38,973 nt of DNA from a virus. Lineage: Duplodnaviria; Caudoviricetes. A model generated the notes under the pieces. It made no database searches. It was not told the origin of the DNA and saw only the letters and a list, made by a program, of their open reading frames with translations. Positions within the stretch are counted from its first letter, which is position 1. Each line of letters begins with the position of its first letter. Made by a program: the position numbers and the translations under genes. Positions 27,625-36,891 of the stretch are shown here, in pieces. The stretch covers positions 1 to 38,973 of IMG/VR virus record IMGVR_UViG_3300031520_000196. One strand, written 5' to 3'.

Positions 27625-28584
27625 CTAATACAACTCGTCGGTTAAACCGACTTCCAACTCATCAAGCACATAATGCTTGGCTGTCACTTCAATTGACTTA
27701 TGTCCTAGCGCAAGTCGCGCTTTGCGAATATCCTTCTTCGCTAGCTGCGTCCCAACGAACCTTCTAAAGTCATGTGGCTTTACATACTGTAATCCGCATT
27801 GGTTCGCATAGTGCCTCACGATGGACCAGACCGCTGCTTCTGAAAGATGCTCACACGATGGAAGTCTCCCTCGTGTCGAAAACGACGTAAAAATAAAGTT
27901 TGAAAGCGTTGGTCTACGCTGTACCCACTCATTGATGAGCCTGTACGCTTCTGGCGAAAGATGCGCGTCTCGATACTCAGTATCAGTCTTGCCGCAGACT
28001 TTGACCACATAGCCACGTCCGCGCTTCTCGATCTGGCTGAGCGTCAGTGTCGCGGCTTCTGATGCTCGTATGCCTGATGAGGCAAGCAACGCAAGTATAG
28101 CCGCGTCTCTAGCACCTATGTCTGTGCTGGTATCCGGTGCGTTGCACAGTCGGCGCATATCCTCTGGTGCTATGCGTGTGCGACTATGCTGCTTGAGTCG
28201 AGACTTGAGGGCCTTGACTTTCACTCCTGGCACATCGGCGAATGCAACTCTGAGTCCGGTATCAATCATCTTGCGTAGTGCGGCTTCTTTGACTAACCGT
28301 TTGACTGCACTCATCATGCGGTTGATGGTGTGAGGTGACATGTATGTCTCTAAAGAAAGATGATCGCGCCACTTTGCCAATGTTATTGGGTCGAGTGCAT
28401 CATAGTCCGATTGCTCTGCGAAGTCTGTATAATCAGCAACATCGCGTTTATACATTGCGATAGAAGACTCGGTAAGTTGCCCTGCTAACAAATGTTCCAT
28501 TCGGAAAATGTTTGTTCCAGGAACCAGATCGTGCGACTGAATAACCTCAAGAGAACGCTCGTCCATACCTTCAAATACCCCCAA
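27625..28584 (-). CDS. Tyrosine recombinase (XerC/D-like, no arm-binding domain)
   Basis: SGIRASE (R), GK, PHDFRR (HxxR), LGH, catalytic Y in AKHY; 319 aa. Confidence 0.92.
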   Translation of the reverse strand: MGVFEGMDERSLEVIQSHDLVPGTNIFRMEHLLAGQLTESSIAMYKRDVADYTDFAEQSDYDALDPITLAKWRDHLSLETYMSPHTINRMMSAVKRLVKEAALRKMIDTGLRVAFADVPGVKVKALKSRLKQHSRTRIAPEDMRRLCNAPDTSTDIGARDAAILALLASSGIRASEAATLTLSQIEKRGRGYVVKVCGKTDTEYRDAHLSPEAYRLINEWVQRRPTLSNFIFTSFSTRGRLPSCEHLSEAAVWSIVRHYANQCGLQYVKPHDFRRFVGTQLAKKDIRKARLALGHKSIEVTAKHYVLDELEVGLTDELY

Positions 28585-28627
28585 CTCATAAAATTAAATA
28601 AGCCTTTAATCATGCTTTATTGAGGGC

Positions 28628-28656
28628 ATTTTATGCTACTTAAGATGTGCTGTCAA
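28628..28656 (-). promoter_or_regulatory. Sigma70-type promoter upstream of the recombinase
   Basis: TTGACA-17 nt-TAAAAT on the minus strand. Confidence 0.75.
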
Positions 28657-28704
28657 TGATATGATGTATAACGTTACTAAGAGGTAGTAGTGTTGAAAAT
28701 GTTC

Positions 28705-28890
28705 CTACTCTTGAGCTTTCTGCTCTTCCTCTGGTGCTGTTTGTTGTTTGTCCAGAAAGAAGAATGGAATACCCGAATGCTCACAGGTATGGCACATGAT
28801 TGTTGTTCGCCCTGTCGGTTGCTGGTGTTCGTCCACCTCGCCGATTACATTGATCGGCCTTGCAGTGCCGCCGCAATATTCACACTGCAT
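28705..28890 (-). CDS. Small zinc-ribbon protein
   Basis: CEYC...CHTC. Confidence 0.6.
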   Translation of the reverse strand: MQCEYCGGTARPINVIGEVDEHQQPTGRTTIMCHTCEHSGIPFFFLDKQQTAPEEEQKAQE

Positions 28891-29098
28891 AGCGTTTCAC
28901 CTGCGCTTTACACTGACACCGGAGTATACTGCCGAGAAATGGCGCTTTGCATGCTGTACATGTAGCGAGTGCCCTGTTACGTTGGAACAAGCGCATGCTA
29001 TAGGGTAGTCGTACTTTGCTTATGGCTTTTGCGTAGGCTCGTCGCCATGCTCTGTTAGGTTTTGGTGCTGGGTTGTCGAGGGCTATGGTGCCGTTCAT
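28880..29098 (-). CDS. Small basic Cys-containing protein
   Basis: RBS AGGAG; CTAC...CQC. Confidence 0.5.
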   Translation of the reverse strand: MNGTIALDNPAPKPNRAWRRAYAKAISKVRLPYSMRLFQRNRALATCTACKAPFLGSILRCQCKAQVKRYAV

Positions 29099-29254
29099 GT
29101 GGTGATGCTCCTAGATGAGAAGAAAATAGGGGGAAGCTCTATCGGCAAGGTTGCGCAATGTTGGGGTGGGATTACGAAGCCTTGCGCGATAAGCTCCTGT
29201 ATGAAGAAGTATGTGAGCTGCTACGATGCTCGGTGGTGTAGCGGGGGCTTCCTT

Positions 29255-29304
29255 TCATTATGACTGAGGCGAAGCCTAGACTCGAAGAGTCGTTGTCATG
29301 ATGA
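29255..29304 (+). repeat. Three-way-junction motif copy 8
   Basis: TCATTATGAC-TGA-GGCgaaGCC-TA-GACTCgaaGAGTC-GTT-GTCATGATGA; left flank GGCTTCCTTTC is shared with copy 1. Confidence 0.85.
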
Positions 29305-29710
29305 GTAAGAAGTGGTTCCTTCGTCGCCTGCTCTCGACGAGGGAAGGGTTGCCGTTTGTCTCCTGTGGGGATGTACAGGTAGTAGAGGTAAGACCTGGGG
29401 ACAGAAGCCAGGTGACACACAAACTGCCCTACCTCTAGTATAACAGATACTCCATAATGTGTATATATATTTAAAATATCTAGTTATGTGGTGAGTGCTA
29501 CGTAACGTGACTCATAAGGGGGGCAGAGTAGCGGCTATAAACTGTAAATTACAAAATTCGACAGATGGGTTTTCTTCTTATTCTTCAACGGTGGTCTACC
29601 TTAAAAAAGAGTAAATGCTGAATATCGGTGAAGAAATCACTCATCCGTCGAATGTGTAATTTATAGATGACTGCCAGGTAGTTGCGTATCCTTACGCAGG
29701 AAACGTAACC

Positions 29711-29887
29711 TTACTGCTTTTTGAAACCAAACGGCTCTTTCGGTTGTTCAGGCACGTGTAGCGCATACAACGGTAGGAAGGTGCAAAGTACACCAGTGGC
29801 AACCAGAACAGCCAGGATCAGAACCAATGCCCATACGGCTACACCATTGAACTCAATGGTATGGTGAACATGCAAAGTTAAATCCAT
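29711..29887 (-). CDS. Small single-TM membrane protein
   Basis: MDLTL...VAVWALVLILAVLVATGVLCTFLPL. Confidence 0.5.
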   Translation of the reverse strand: MDLTLHVHHTIEFNGVAVWALVLILAVLVATGVLCTFLPLYALHVPEQPKEPFGFKKQ

Positions 29888-30039
29888 ATTGTAACTACTT
29901 TCTTCATAAGCCCTATATAAACTTTGATGATTAGATGTGCGGAAGTCACCTCGACCTGGTTGACTTGTGGAGATACTGCCCCACTCGTCTCTGGATAGAG
30001 AATAACATGCTCGTACAATAATAACAATACAGCCACTTC

Positions 30040-30068
30040 TTGCATACTTTCGCATAACGATGTATTAT
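30040..30068 (+). promoter_or_regulatory. Sigma70-type promoter, probably leaderless transcript
   Basis: TTGCAT-17 nt-TATTAT, ATG 30075 six nt downstream. Confidence 0.6.
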
Positions 30069-30074
30069 GGGAGC

Positions 30075-31316
30075 ATGGACGAGAATACTTTGATGAACAC
30101 TGAAGAGACCGCTGAAGCGTTGATAGTGCGTGTGTCCTCCCATGGTTTTACTGTAACAAAAACAGAGCTGGCGCGATGGCATCGGGCAGGATTATTGTCG
30201 CGCCCCCAGCGCCGCTCATTGGGGCGGGGACGCGGCATGATCTCGATTTATCCACCAGGAACGTCGGAGCAACTTCTAGCTCTTTGTACCATTCATCGTT
30301 CAGAGAAGCGGCTTCCTTATGTTGCCTGGCGCTTGTGGTGGGAGGGATATGAGGTCCCAATTGGGGTGATCCGATCGTTTTTAGAAGGAATGTGTCAGCA
30401 GTGGCAGCAAGGAATTGAGGAGATGCAGCACCTTCAGGCGCATCCTGAGCAGTTGTCGAATGTGTTGGACCGAAACACCGTGATGCGTTTTTCGCGCAAG
30501 ACGATGAGCAGCGTGCGAAAGCGTGTTGGTCGGAAGGACTTCCCCATCTTTGTCGGCGTGCTGGTGCGTATCGCATCGGGGACGTTTGAAGGATATGAGA
30601 TCCATCCTGAAATGGGGATTGATGAGCGCCACATTGTAGAGAAAGGCTTGGGTCTCCTACGAGCCAGGAAGAATCGATTGGCCGATGTGGGACCGTGGCT
30701 GACAGGGGATACAGGTGAAGTCCTTCAGGGGCTCAGTTCCTGCCTCCGTCATCATCCGTTAGGAGAGGATCTTAACATAGTTTCAGAAAGAGACCTTGTA
30801 GGGACGTGTGAGGATCTTCGCAGCTTCCTTTCCGCTTTTGAGGGTATAAGCAGGATGTTCGATCTCGTGTTTAGCAGGGGAGCGTTTGGGTTCTCGACTC
30901 TGGCCGATGCAATCCGTGAGTTTGGGCCACAAGATGAAGCGATGATGCTGTTGTTCTGGAGGATGTTCCGATCCTGGGGATTGGGACCGAATATGGATCA
31001 GCTGCTTGGAGTGGCGAGGCAGTGGCATCAGGTGTGGTTTCCGCTTTTTCAGGGCTTGGAACAGTTGCGCAACGAGGTTCCGGTCACTGAGGAGGCTCTT
31101 GCACCCAAGCAAATGGGATTCGCCTTACGTTGGAAATCGACCATGGAAGGAGTATTGGAGGTCTTGAGTCAGCTTGTGCAGCATCCCGACGTCCTGGCTT
31201 TTTTTGCTCGCCATCCAGAATTGACTGAAGTGGTGGGTGCTACTGGTGATGGAGAGCCGAAACACCAGGTGGAAACAGAACATTGGTCATTGAGAGCATC
31301 CAAGCCGCTCGAATAG
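30075..31316 (+). CDS. Hypothetical protein with MerR-like HTH N-terminus
   Basis: VTKTELARWHRAGLLSRP..GRGRG...YP; the remainder is helical and unassigned. Confidence 0.65.
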   Translation: MDENTLMNTEETAEALIVRVSSHGFTVTKTELARWHRAGLLSRPQRRSLGRGRGMISIYPPGTSEQLLALCTIHRSEKRLPYVAWRLWWEGYEVPIGVIRSFLEGMCQQWQQGIEEMQHLQAHPEQLSNVLDRNTVMRFSRKTMSSVRKRVGRKDFPIFVGVLVRIASGTFEGYEIHPEMGIDERHIVEKGLGLLRARKNRLADVGPWLTGDTGEVLQGLSSCLRHHPLGEDLNIVSERDLVGTCEDLRSFLSAFEGISRMFDLVFSRGAFGFSTLADAIREFGPQDEAMMLLFWRMFRSWGLGPNMDQLLGVARQWHQVWFPLFQGLEQLRNEVPVTEEALAPKQMGFALRWKSTMEGVLEVLSQLVQHPDVLAFFARHPELTEVVGATGDGEPKHQVETEHWSLRASKPLE

Positions 31317-31453
31317 CAGACAGTTTTGCATTTTGTGGTGGTGAAAGATCCAACTCCATGCATTTCAGAAAATTGATGCTTCTTATGCCGCTACCCTGCC
31401 CTTCATGTCAGCTTACGTAGTACTAGCCCGAGAAGAAGGGAGAAAGAGAGTAT

Positions 31454-32236
31454 ATGCTTAACAACCAACCTGCACCTCCGGGTCATTCACGGGAGTTTGT
31501 CGAGTACCTTTGGGATTCTCAACCAAATGAGAGCATGTTGTTTCTCATAGAGTCGCTTATGAGTAACATACACATTCTGTCGCAGAATCTTCCTTTGCCT
31601 ACTACAGAAGAAGAGAAGAAAATGCATTTATTCCATGATTTCATGATTAACAAAGTTGGTCAGAATATGTCTGCCGAGCAGTATAGGCGATGGTGGATAG
31701 AGGTCTGGATATCACGTATTGTAGATGCGCTTCAAATCTACCTTTCAGAGATATTGGTTCGGATATACACGGAGAAACCAGAAACCCTCAAAGGGTCTGA
31801 CAATAAAGTAGAAGTTCGTGAGGTGTTAGAAGCTGGAAGTATAGATGAATTTACTCAAAGGTATGCAGAACACAAGGTTTCAGGCTTGGCATACAAAGGA
31901 CTTCCAAAACTTATTGAGTATATGAACAATTCTTTTAACCTCCGGTTTGACACTTCGGATTCAAATTTCCAATCTGCATGTGAGATCGTTGAGGTACGCA
32001 ATATTATTGTTCACAACAGGGGACGAATTAGCAAAAGCTTCTTGCAGAGGCTACCGAACAAAGCAAATGAGGGTCTTCAAGTGGGTGAGCTTTACCCCTT
32101 GGACTTCAGTTATGCAGTACACACAAGCGAGCATCTTCGTAAATTTGTGGAAGTGTTAGACCAACGAATTGTCGAGCATTTCAGGCTTAATCCATCTCTT
32201 GGGCCTCGAATTACAAAATTACGTACTCCAAACTGA
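31454..32236 (+). CDS. HEPN-like protein (putative RNase)
   Basis: RNIIVH (R-X4-H) late in a helical protein; AT-richer than its flanks. Confidence 0.6.
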   Translation: MLNNQPAPPGHSREFVEYLWDSQPNESMLFLIESLMSNIHILSQNLPLPTTEEEKKMHLFHDFMINKVGQNMSAEQYRRWWIEVWISRIVDALQIYLSEILVRIYTEKPETLKGSDNKVEVREVLEAGSIDEFTQRYAEHKVSGLAYKGLPKLIEYMNNSFNLRFDTSDSNFQSACEIVEVRNIIVHNRGRISKSFLQRLPNKANEGLQVGELYPLDFSYAVHTSEHLRKFVEVLDQRIVEHFRLNPSLGPRITKLRTPN

Positions 32237-32245
32237 ACTACTAGC

Positions 32246-32290
32246 AGTTATGAACAGATGTGCTACAGTTTTGCACATCTGTTCATAACT
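32246..32290. terminator. Perfect 18 bp hairpin between convergent genes
   Basis: AGTTATGAACAGATGTGC-9 nt-GCACATCTGTTCATAACT. Confidence 0.7.
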
Positions 32291-32293
32291 ACT

Positions 32294-32488
32294 TTACGCC
32301 CATGCGATCGTCCGAAATATCAGCACTGTCCCGCAGTCCTTACTCATCAGTCTCACCTGCTCTGGCCTTTTAATCTCTGGTTCCTCGGCCTGTATCTTCT
32401 TGAACTGCTCTTTTGACAAGTAGACGTGCCTGCCGCACACTGGACAGGTCGCATGTGCAATGTCGTGGCCCGTTGGCTCATTGGTCAT
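32294..32488 (-). CDS. Small zinc-ribbon-like protein
   Basis: CPVCG...KDCG; start overlaps the upstream stop. Confidence 0.6.
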   Translation of the reverse strand: MTNEPTGHDIAHATCPVCGRHVYLSKEQFKKIQAEEPEIKRPEQVRLMSKDCGTVLIFRTIAWA

Positions 32489-32703
32489 TGTCTCTGCCTC
32501 TCCTCGTTGTAGGTCTGCCAGAACACATCAACATACAACTGATACCATTCAACTGGTGCACTGTACTCTTCCAGAATCAGGTCGAGCACCTGCGTCATTC
32601 TGCTATTCAAGGTAGCCTGTGGCTCGTGATCACCATTTTGCCTGACTGCCTCGAGCGCGATATGCGCGTGAGCTTGAGCAATCTGTATGATGTACTCTCT
32701 CAT
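32485..32703 (-). CDS. Small helical protein, paralog of 38764..38973
   Basis: MREYIIQIAQAHA...FWQTY; RBS GAGGAG. Confidence 0.7.
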   Translation of the reverse strand: MREYIIQIAQAHAHIALEAVRQNGDHEPQATLNSRMTQVLDLILEEYSAPVEWYQLYVDVFWQTYNEERQRQ

Positions 32704-32714
32704 AGAATTCTCCT

Positions 32715-33032
32715 CTACATTGGGTCTATACCTACTTCTAAGCACTGGTGTATCCATGCATCTATCTCTTGAACTGACTTGAGCGTCTTGATGCTTTCCC
32801 TCAAGCGTGTAAACTGCGTCTCCATGCCTTCAACTGTCCAGCATGGGGCATTGATGTAATACTCAAAATACTCACGTACAAGCTCGATCTGCTCCGGCGT
32901 GATAGGCGTCTTCACCACGTGATGATCGACGAACGCCTTCATCGCTGCTGGCAATTCTCCGCTGACATCATCCTGCCAGCGAAGCGGGCCACCGATTGGG
33001 GGCCGATAGAAATTTGGTATTCTTGATGGCAT
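32715..33032 (-). CDS. Hypothetical protein
   Basis: RBS GAGGAG; in operon. Confidence 0.7.
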   Translation of the reverse strand: MPSRIPNFYRPPIGGPLRWQDDVSGELPAAMKAFVDHHVVKTPITPEQIELVREYFEYYINAPCWTVEGMETQFTRLRESIKTLKSVQEIDAWIHQCLEVGIDPM

Positions 33033-33049
33033 TTTCTATTGCTCCTCTC

Positions 33050-33358
33050 CTACCAAAGTACAAACTCTAGCCCAGACTGCCGCAGTTCCGTCAGATACTC
33101 GTCAATATGCTCCGGCGACTGCACCCGCATGGCATGTGCGAAAATATAACAAGGTCGCAGTCCCTCTAACTCTCTTTCTAGTACGCTACTCATCAATGGC
33201 TCTACAATGAGCTTCACCAGGAGCATGATACCTCGATGCCTGATGTGGACCACTATTTCGCACTGGTTATAGCGCATATTCTCCTCTATACCATGTGGGT
33301 CCTGTGCGTCCCAGCACTCGTGCTTTATGGCGAGCTGGGCCGCTTCACTTACATTCAT
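33050..33358 (-). CDS. Hypothetical protein
   Basis: Start overlaps the upstream stop. Confidence 0.65.
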   Translation of the reverse strand: MNVSEAAQLAIKHECWDAQDPHGIEENMRYNQCEIVVHIRHRGIMLLVKLIVEPLMSSVLERELEGLRPCYIFAHAMRVQSPEHIDEYLTELRQSGLEFVLW

Positions 33359-33867
33359 ACGTCATGCACTCCGGCTTTTTTCGCCCACTCATCGATGACC
33401 TTGAGCAGTGCTCCCTTGTCATCTTTTTGTAGTGCATTGGTGATCAGCGTCAAAAACGTGGTGATCTGACACGTATTTACCAATGCATCTTGTTTGGCAT
33501 GTGATTTATCGCAGCCATCCTCATCCCATATCTTGATGCTCAAATACATGTTGACGCGCATCTGTTCAGAGATCGCCGCCATGATCGCGTCGATCCGCTT
33601 CATCTGCTTATACAGCTTCAGGTTTACCTCGCTATTCTTGTCCATACCCATGTTCTCTTTTCCTCCGCTTTCTTGTTCTCGTTCTCTCAGCCAACGATGC
33701 AAGCCTTCATCATTCCATCCGTAAGGCGCGCCAGCCTCAATATAATCGCTGATCGGCTGGATGTAGCGCTTAAACGTCTGGCTCTTTTCCAGGTAGTCCT
33801 TGTATTCTCGCTGTGTCTTCCAGTGATCGTAAAAGATATAGATCATGTAGATCGTGTGACTATTCAC
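33355..33867 (-). CDS. Hypothetical protein; possibly two fused genes (internal RBS and ATG at 33651)
   Basis: GTG 33867 overlaps the upstream stop; GGAGGAAAAGAGAAC-ATG is in frame at 33651. Confidence 0.55.
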   Translation of the reverse strand: MNSHTIYMIYIFYDHWKTQREYKDYLEKSQTFKRYIQPISDYIEAGAPYGWNDEGLHRWLREREQESGGKENMGMDKNSEVNLKLYKQMKRIDAIMAAISEQMRVNMYLSIKIWDEDGCDKSHAKQDALVNTCQITTFLTLITNALQKDDKGALLKVIDEWAKKAGVHDV

Positions 33868-34417
33868 TCGTAAACTCTCCCTCAATTGCTCCACTCTGCC
33901 CGATCTGCTTATTTTTCTGTTGAGACTCTCCACCACCTAAGCCTGGAAGCAATGGTGGCATTTTCCCTGATGCATACATTTCTTCCAATTGCGGATTTAC
34001 CCACTCTTTGACCGTCTGGTTGTTTGCCATCACGGTATACGCCAGGAACTCATCTTCCATCGTCATAATGCCACTCTTCACGGCGATAAGCTTGGCCTTG
34101 ATCACGAGAGCAAGCTCGCGCCACAAGCGTTTCTCCTCGGCCTCGGCTGCCGTTCTCATTTGCGCCTCTGTCCGAACTGCACCTGCACCCGTTTTACGAA
34201 ACGAGTCTATCGGAGGATAGCGCAGCTCAATCCGGTAGCGTCTGCCTTTGAGCTGAAACAGGATAGCTGCTACATCATTGTCATAGCCAAAGGCGAAACC
34301 GTTCGCACCATACGCCTTGAGCAGCTTCTCGATCTCTTCGCGAGAACGCGGTACAGTGACTTTGGTGCCCTCGGCATATTTCTTGTTGGTTGTCCTTGCC
34401 ATTGCCTTGCCGCTCAT
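33860..34417 (-). CDS. Phage hypothetical protein
   Basis: YAEGTKV...SREEIEKLL..YGA..F...WR.L.L.IKAKL.AV..G.....EFL pattern recalled from phage early regions. Confidence 0.75.
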   Translation of the reverse strand: MSGKAMARTTNKKYAEGTKVTVPRSREEIEKLLKAYGANGFAFGYDNDVAAILFQLKGRRYRIELRYPPIDSFRKTGAGAVRTEAQMRTAAEAEEKRLWRELALVIKAKLIAVKSGIMTMEDEFLAYTVMANNQTVKEWVNPQLEEMYASGKMPPLLPGLGGGESQQKNKQIGQSGAIEGEFTSE

Positions 34418-35067
34418 AACTCAATTGGTCCTTTCTCTATGTCGATCAATTCCACGCCTTTAACCGCTTGTAAAGGTCGTTCGTGTTGCGCAGCCGCAGC
34501 ACCTTTGGCTGCTACTGCCTTGATAAGCTGATAGGTTGCCATTGCATCGGCCAGAGCGCGGTGTGCTCCGTTCAACTCGACGCCTTGCTGTGCGCAGGCA
34601 ACTTCCAATTTCTGCCACTTGTACGATCTTCCAAATTTGTCAGGCTCTTTCCAGTACGCGGCATATGCTTCCATCGCGCACAGCCACGTTAATTGTGGCA
34701 GCGGCTTCTGGTTGTACATCGCGCTCTGCACAATGCGCTCTCGGTCGAATTTGGCGTTATACGTCACGATCCACCGCTCCCCGATGATTTCTTCAATCCG
34801 GGGCCAGACCAGCTCGAACGTCGGCTTATCCCACGTGTCACCCGGCCTGATCCCGTGAACTGCCGTTGCCTCCTCGGTGATCTTCTCCGTCGTGGGATGA
34901 ATGAGACTATTAAACAAGACAGTGCCGGTTGCACCATCGATGATCGCTATGTCGATCACCTCACCGTACATCCTGGTCGTTTCGGTATCCAGGATGACGC
35001 ATTTGTCGAGTAACGCGGCGATCTCGTGGATGGACCGCTTCAAGTGGACTTGTCGTTCAATCTGCAT
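34414..35067 (-). CDS. DEDDh 3'-5' exonuclease (DnaQ-like)
   Basis: LDTETT, YNAKFD, HRALADA. Confidence 0.9.
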   Translation of the reverse strand: MQIERQVHLKRSIHEIAALLDKCVILDTETTRMYGEVIDIAIIDGATGTVLFNSLIHPTTEKITEEATAVHGIRPGDTWDKPTFELVWPRIEEIIGERWIVTYNAKFDRERIVQSAMYNQKPLPQLTWLCAMEAYAAYWKEPDKFGRSYKWQKLEVACAQQGVELNGAHRALADAMATYQLIKAVAAKGAAAAQHERPLQAVKGVELIDIEKGPIEL

Positions 35068-35095
35068 AATGGTTTCCTCACTTTCAAAATAGAAA

Positions 35096-36403
35096 CTATT
35101 GTTCGTATGGATTGCCTTGCCGCTCCTTGTACACTTCGTTGAGCCAATCAATGGCAAGGTCTGCCAGCGTCTCGATGAAATATGGCATCCTGTTCATGCC
35201 GCTTTTATCGGGCGTCTCTTTGTCGATGCTGTGCTTGTTGGTCTTCGTGCGAGCTGAGTACATCATCTCGATGAACTCAAACTCTGTGATGCCATACTGT
35301 GTCATGGGGTCATAGATATTCATCACCTGCGTCTTACTCGACTTGGGGGCCTGGTCTTTGAAACCTGCTGAGAAGTCGCTTACCTGCCGATGAAATACCT
35401 GTGGCAACTGCTTGCCACTCTTGCCATAGTGATTAATCAGCGTTCGGTAGCTTGTATACTGTCTGCTTGCTTGCGCCGCCGCCGCGCCGCCCCCAGCTAC
35501 TTCTAACGTGGGTTTTCGATATTCTCGATTTTCGACTGGATTGTTCCCAACAGTCGTATCCGAATTTGAAGTAGTTGGAGTATGAGAATTCTTTGAACTC
35601 TCATTCATATCACTGTATGGTTGTTGGCATGATTGTCGATTCGTATAGCCATCGGGGGATGATTCACCAAAAAAGCCTTCATTTAAAGCCTTCGAGATTC
35701 TCGAAGAATCCGTATCCTCTTGATAGTAATCTTTATTCGATTCTCTATATAGCTGCTGTGTCGTTAGCGATGTCGTTAGCGATTCCGCAGGGGATACCCT
35801 TTGGTTTAGCATGGTATTTTGCTCGTTCTGCATCTCATGTGTTGCATCATCGTGTGAATCGTCCTGATAATATCCTGCGTTCTTCCAGCGCTGCTTCCCT
35901 GCTAGCCGAGCACGCTCTGACCTTGCAAGCATTTTCTTGAGGTAGGCTGCCTGGGCCTCGCGCATTTTCTCTGCATCATCGAGGGCTTTGATACGTTGGT
36001 AGGTCGGTGTGAAGTCGTGCAAGCAGACGATACGCTCGTCGCCTCCTGGCATGGTGCCGTAACGAATAATAAGCAACTCTGCCTCAATCAGTTCTCTACG
36101 GATGGTGTAGGTCGTAAAATAGGCTTTGTTGATTTCCTCGGCTATCGAGTCGGTGGTAGGGAACGGTAGCCCTGGTCCTTTTTGAAATGAGTTGACCGCA
36201 CACATGTAATCATATTGCCGTTTGGTCATACCGATAAGGTGATAGCGGTTCTTGATCTTCTTGAGTTCTTTGGTCCAGCCTTGTTCGTTGAGCGATACGT
36301 CAGTCTCAAGCAGAATGACTTCCTCTCCTAGCGCAAGCTCAAATGCGGGAATAGGTTGTGGAGGCGGAATGTATGGACGCTCCTGTATCTCTACTGCACT
36401 CAT
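35096..36403 (-). CDS. Probable replication initiator (N-terminal wHTH, S/T-rich linker, C-terminal helical domain)
   Basis: FPTTDSIAEEI...RRELIEAELL; C-terminal NRMPYFIETL; position in the early operon. Confidence 0.6.
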   Translation of the reverse strand: MSAVEIQERPYIPPPQPIPAFELALGEEVILLETDVSLNEQGWTKELKKIKNRYHLIGMTKRQYDYMCAVNSFQKGPGLPFPTTDSIAEEINKAYFTTYTIRRELIEAELLIIRYGTMPGGDERIVCLHDFTPTYQRIKALDDAEKMREAQAAYLKKMLARSERARLAGKQRWKNAGYYQDDSHDDATHEMQNEQNTMLNQRVSPAESLTTSLTTQQLYRESNKDYYQEDTDSSRISKALNEGFFGESSPDGYTNRQSCQQPYSDMNESSKNSHTPTTSNSDTTVGNNPVENREYRKPTLEVAGGGAAAAQASRQYTSYRTLINHYGKSGKQLPQVFHRQVSDFSAGFKDQAPKSSKTQVMNIYDPMTQYGITEFEFIEMMYSARTKTNKHSIDKETPDKSGMNRMPYFIETLADLAIDWLNEVYKERQGNPYEQ

Positions 36404-36891
36404 GACTGCACCTGCTGTAGCTTTATGAGCCTCTTAAAGAGTGGGGCAAGCTGGTAGAAACGTGCGCTACTATCGTAGCCTTCCTTGTTTCTGAATAAGG
36501 AGCTAGGAAGTCGTTGCCTTCCAATAAGCAGCTTCCCATCATTGAAGAGGTTTCTGTACTTGCAGATAACCTTATGTGATTTCTGCATGTGCTGCGCTAG
36601 CTCTCCTGTGGTAAGCCATACTCGCTTGTGCTTGTATTGGAGAAATGCGACGACAAGTAAAAAGTTCAATTCCTGCGATGAAAGTGTTTTCTTTGGCAAG
36701 ATGTTTTGTGCATGTGTTGCAATGAGGTAGAGCACATCGTTATACTGCTGCTCTGAAATATCTATGAACTCTTCGCTATACTCCGGTATGAATGTAGTTC
36801 GTATGCGCTCTTGCCTGCTCCTGGGAATATTGACATTCATATCTCTATCTGATAGCATTACAGTGTGCCTCATACCCGCGACCCGTGCCAC
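36400..36891 (-). CDS. wHTH protein (start uncertain)
   Basis: LTTGELAQHMQKSHKVICKYRNLF..GKLL; YQLAPLFKRL. Confidence 0.6.
   Translation of the reverse strand: MARVAGMRHTVMLSDRDMNVNIPRSRQERIRTTFIPEYSEEFIDISEQQYNDVLYLIATHAQNILPKKTLSSQELNFLLVVAFLQYKHKRVWLTTGELAQHMQKSHKVICKYRNLFNDGKLLIGRQRLPSSLFRNKEGYDSSARFYQLAPLFKRLIKLQQVQS

Noticed and set aside
3212-29304. Junction motifs as hammerhead ribozymes, CRISPR repeats or canonical attC sites
   Set aside because: No CUGANGA/GAAA core, not regularly spaced, and no RYYYAAC...GTTRRRY paired boxes.
1101-29716. Scattered GTAAC/GTTAC palindromes (about 1103, 5025, 28669, 29502, 29705) as repressor operators
   Set aside because: Spacing between half-sites is inconsistent; too weak without a motif search.
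32252-32284. GAAC-N4-GTGC LexA-like boxes in the hairpin arms
   Set aside because: Located between convergent gene ends rather than at a promoter; better explained as a terminator.
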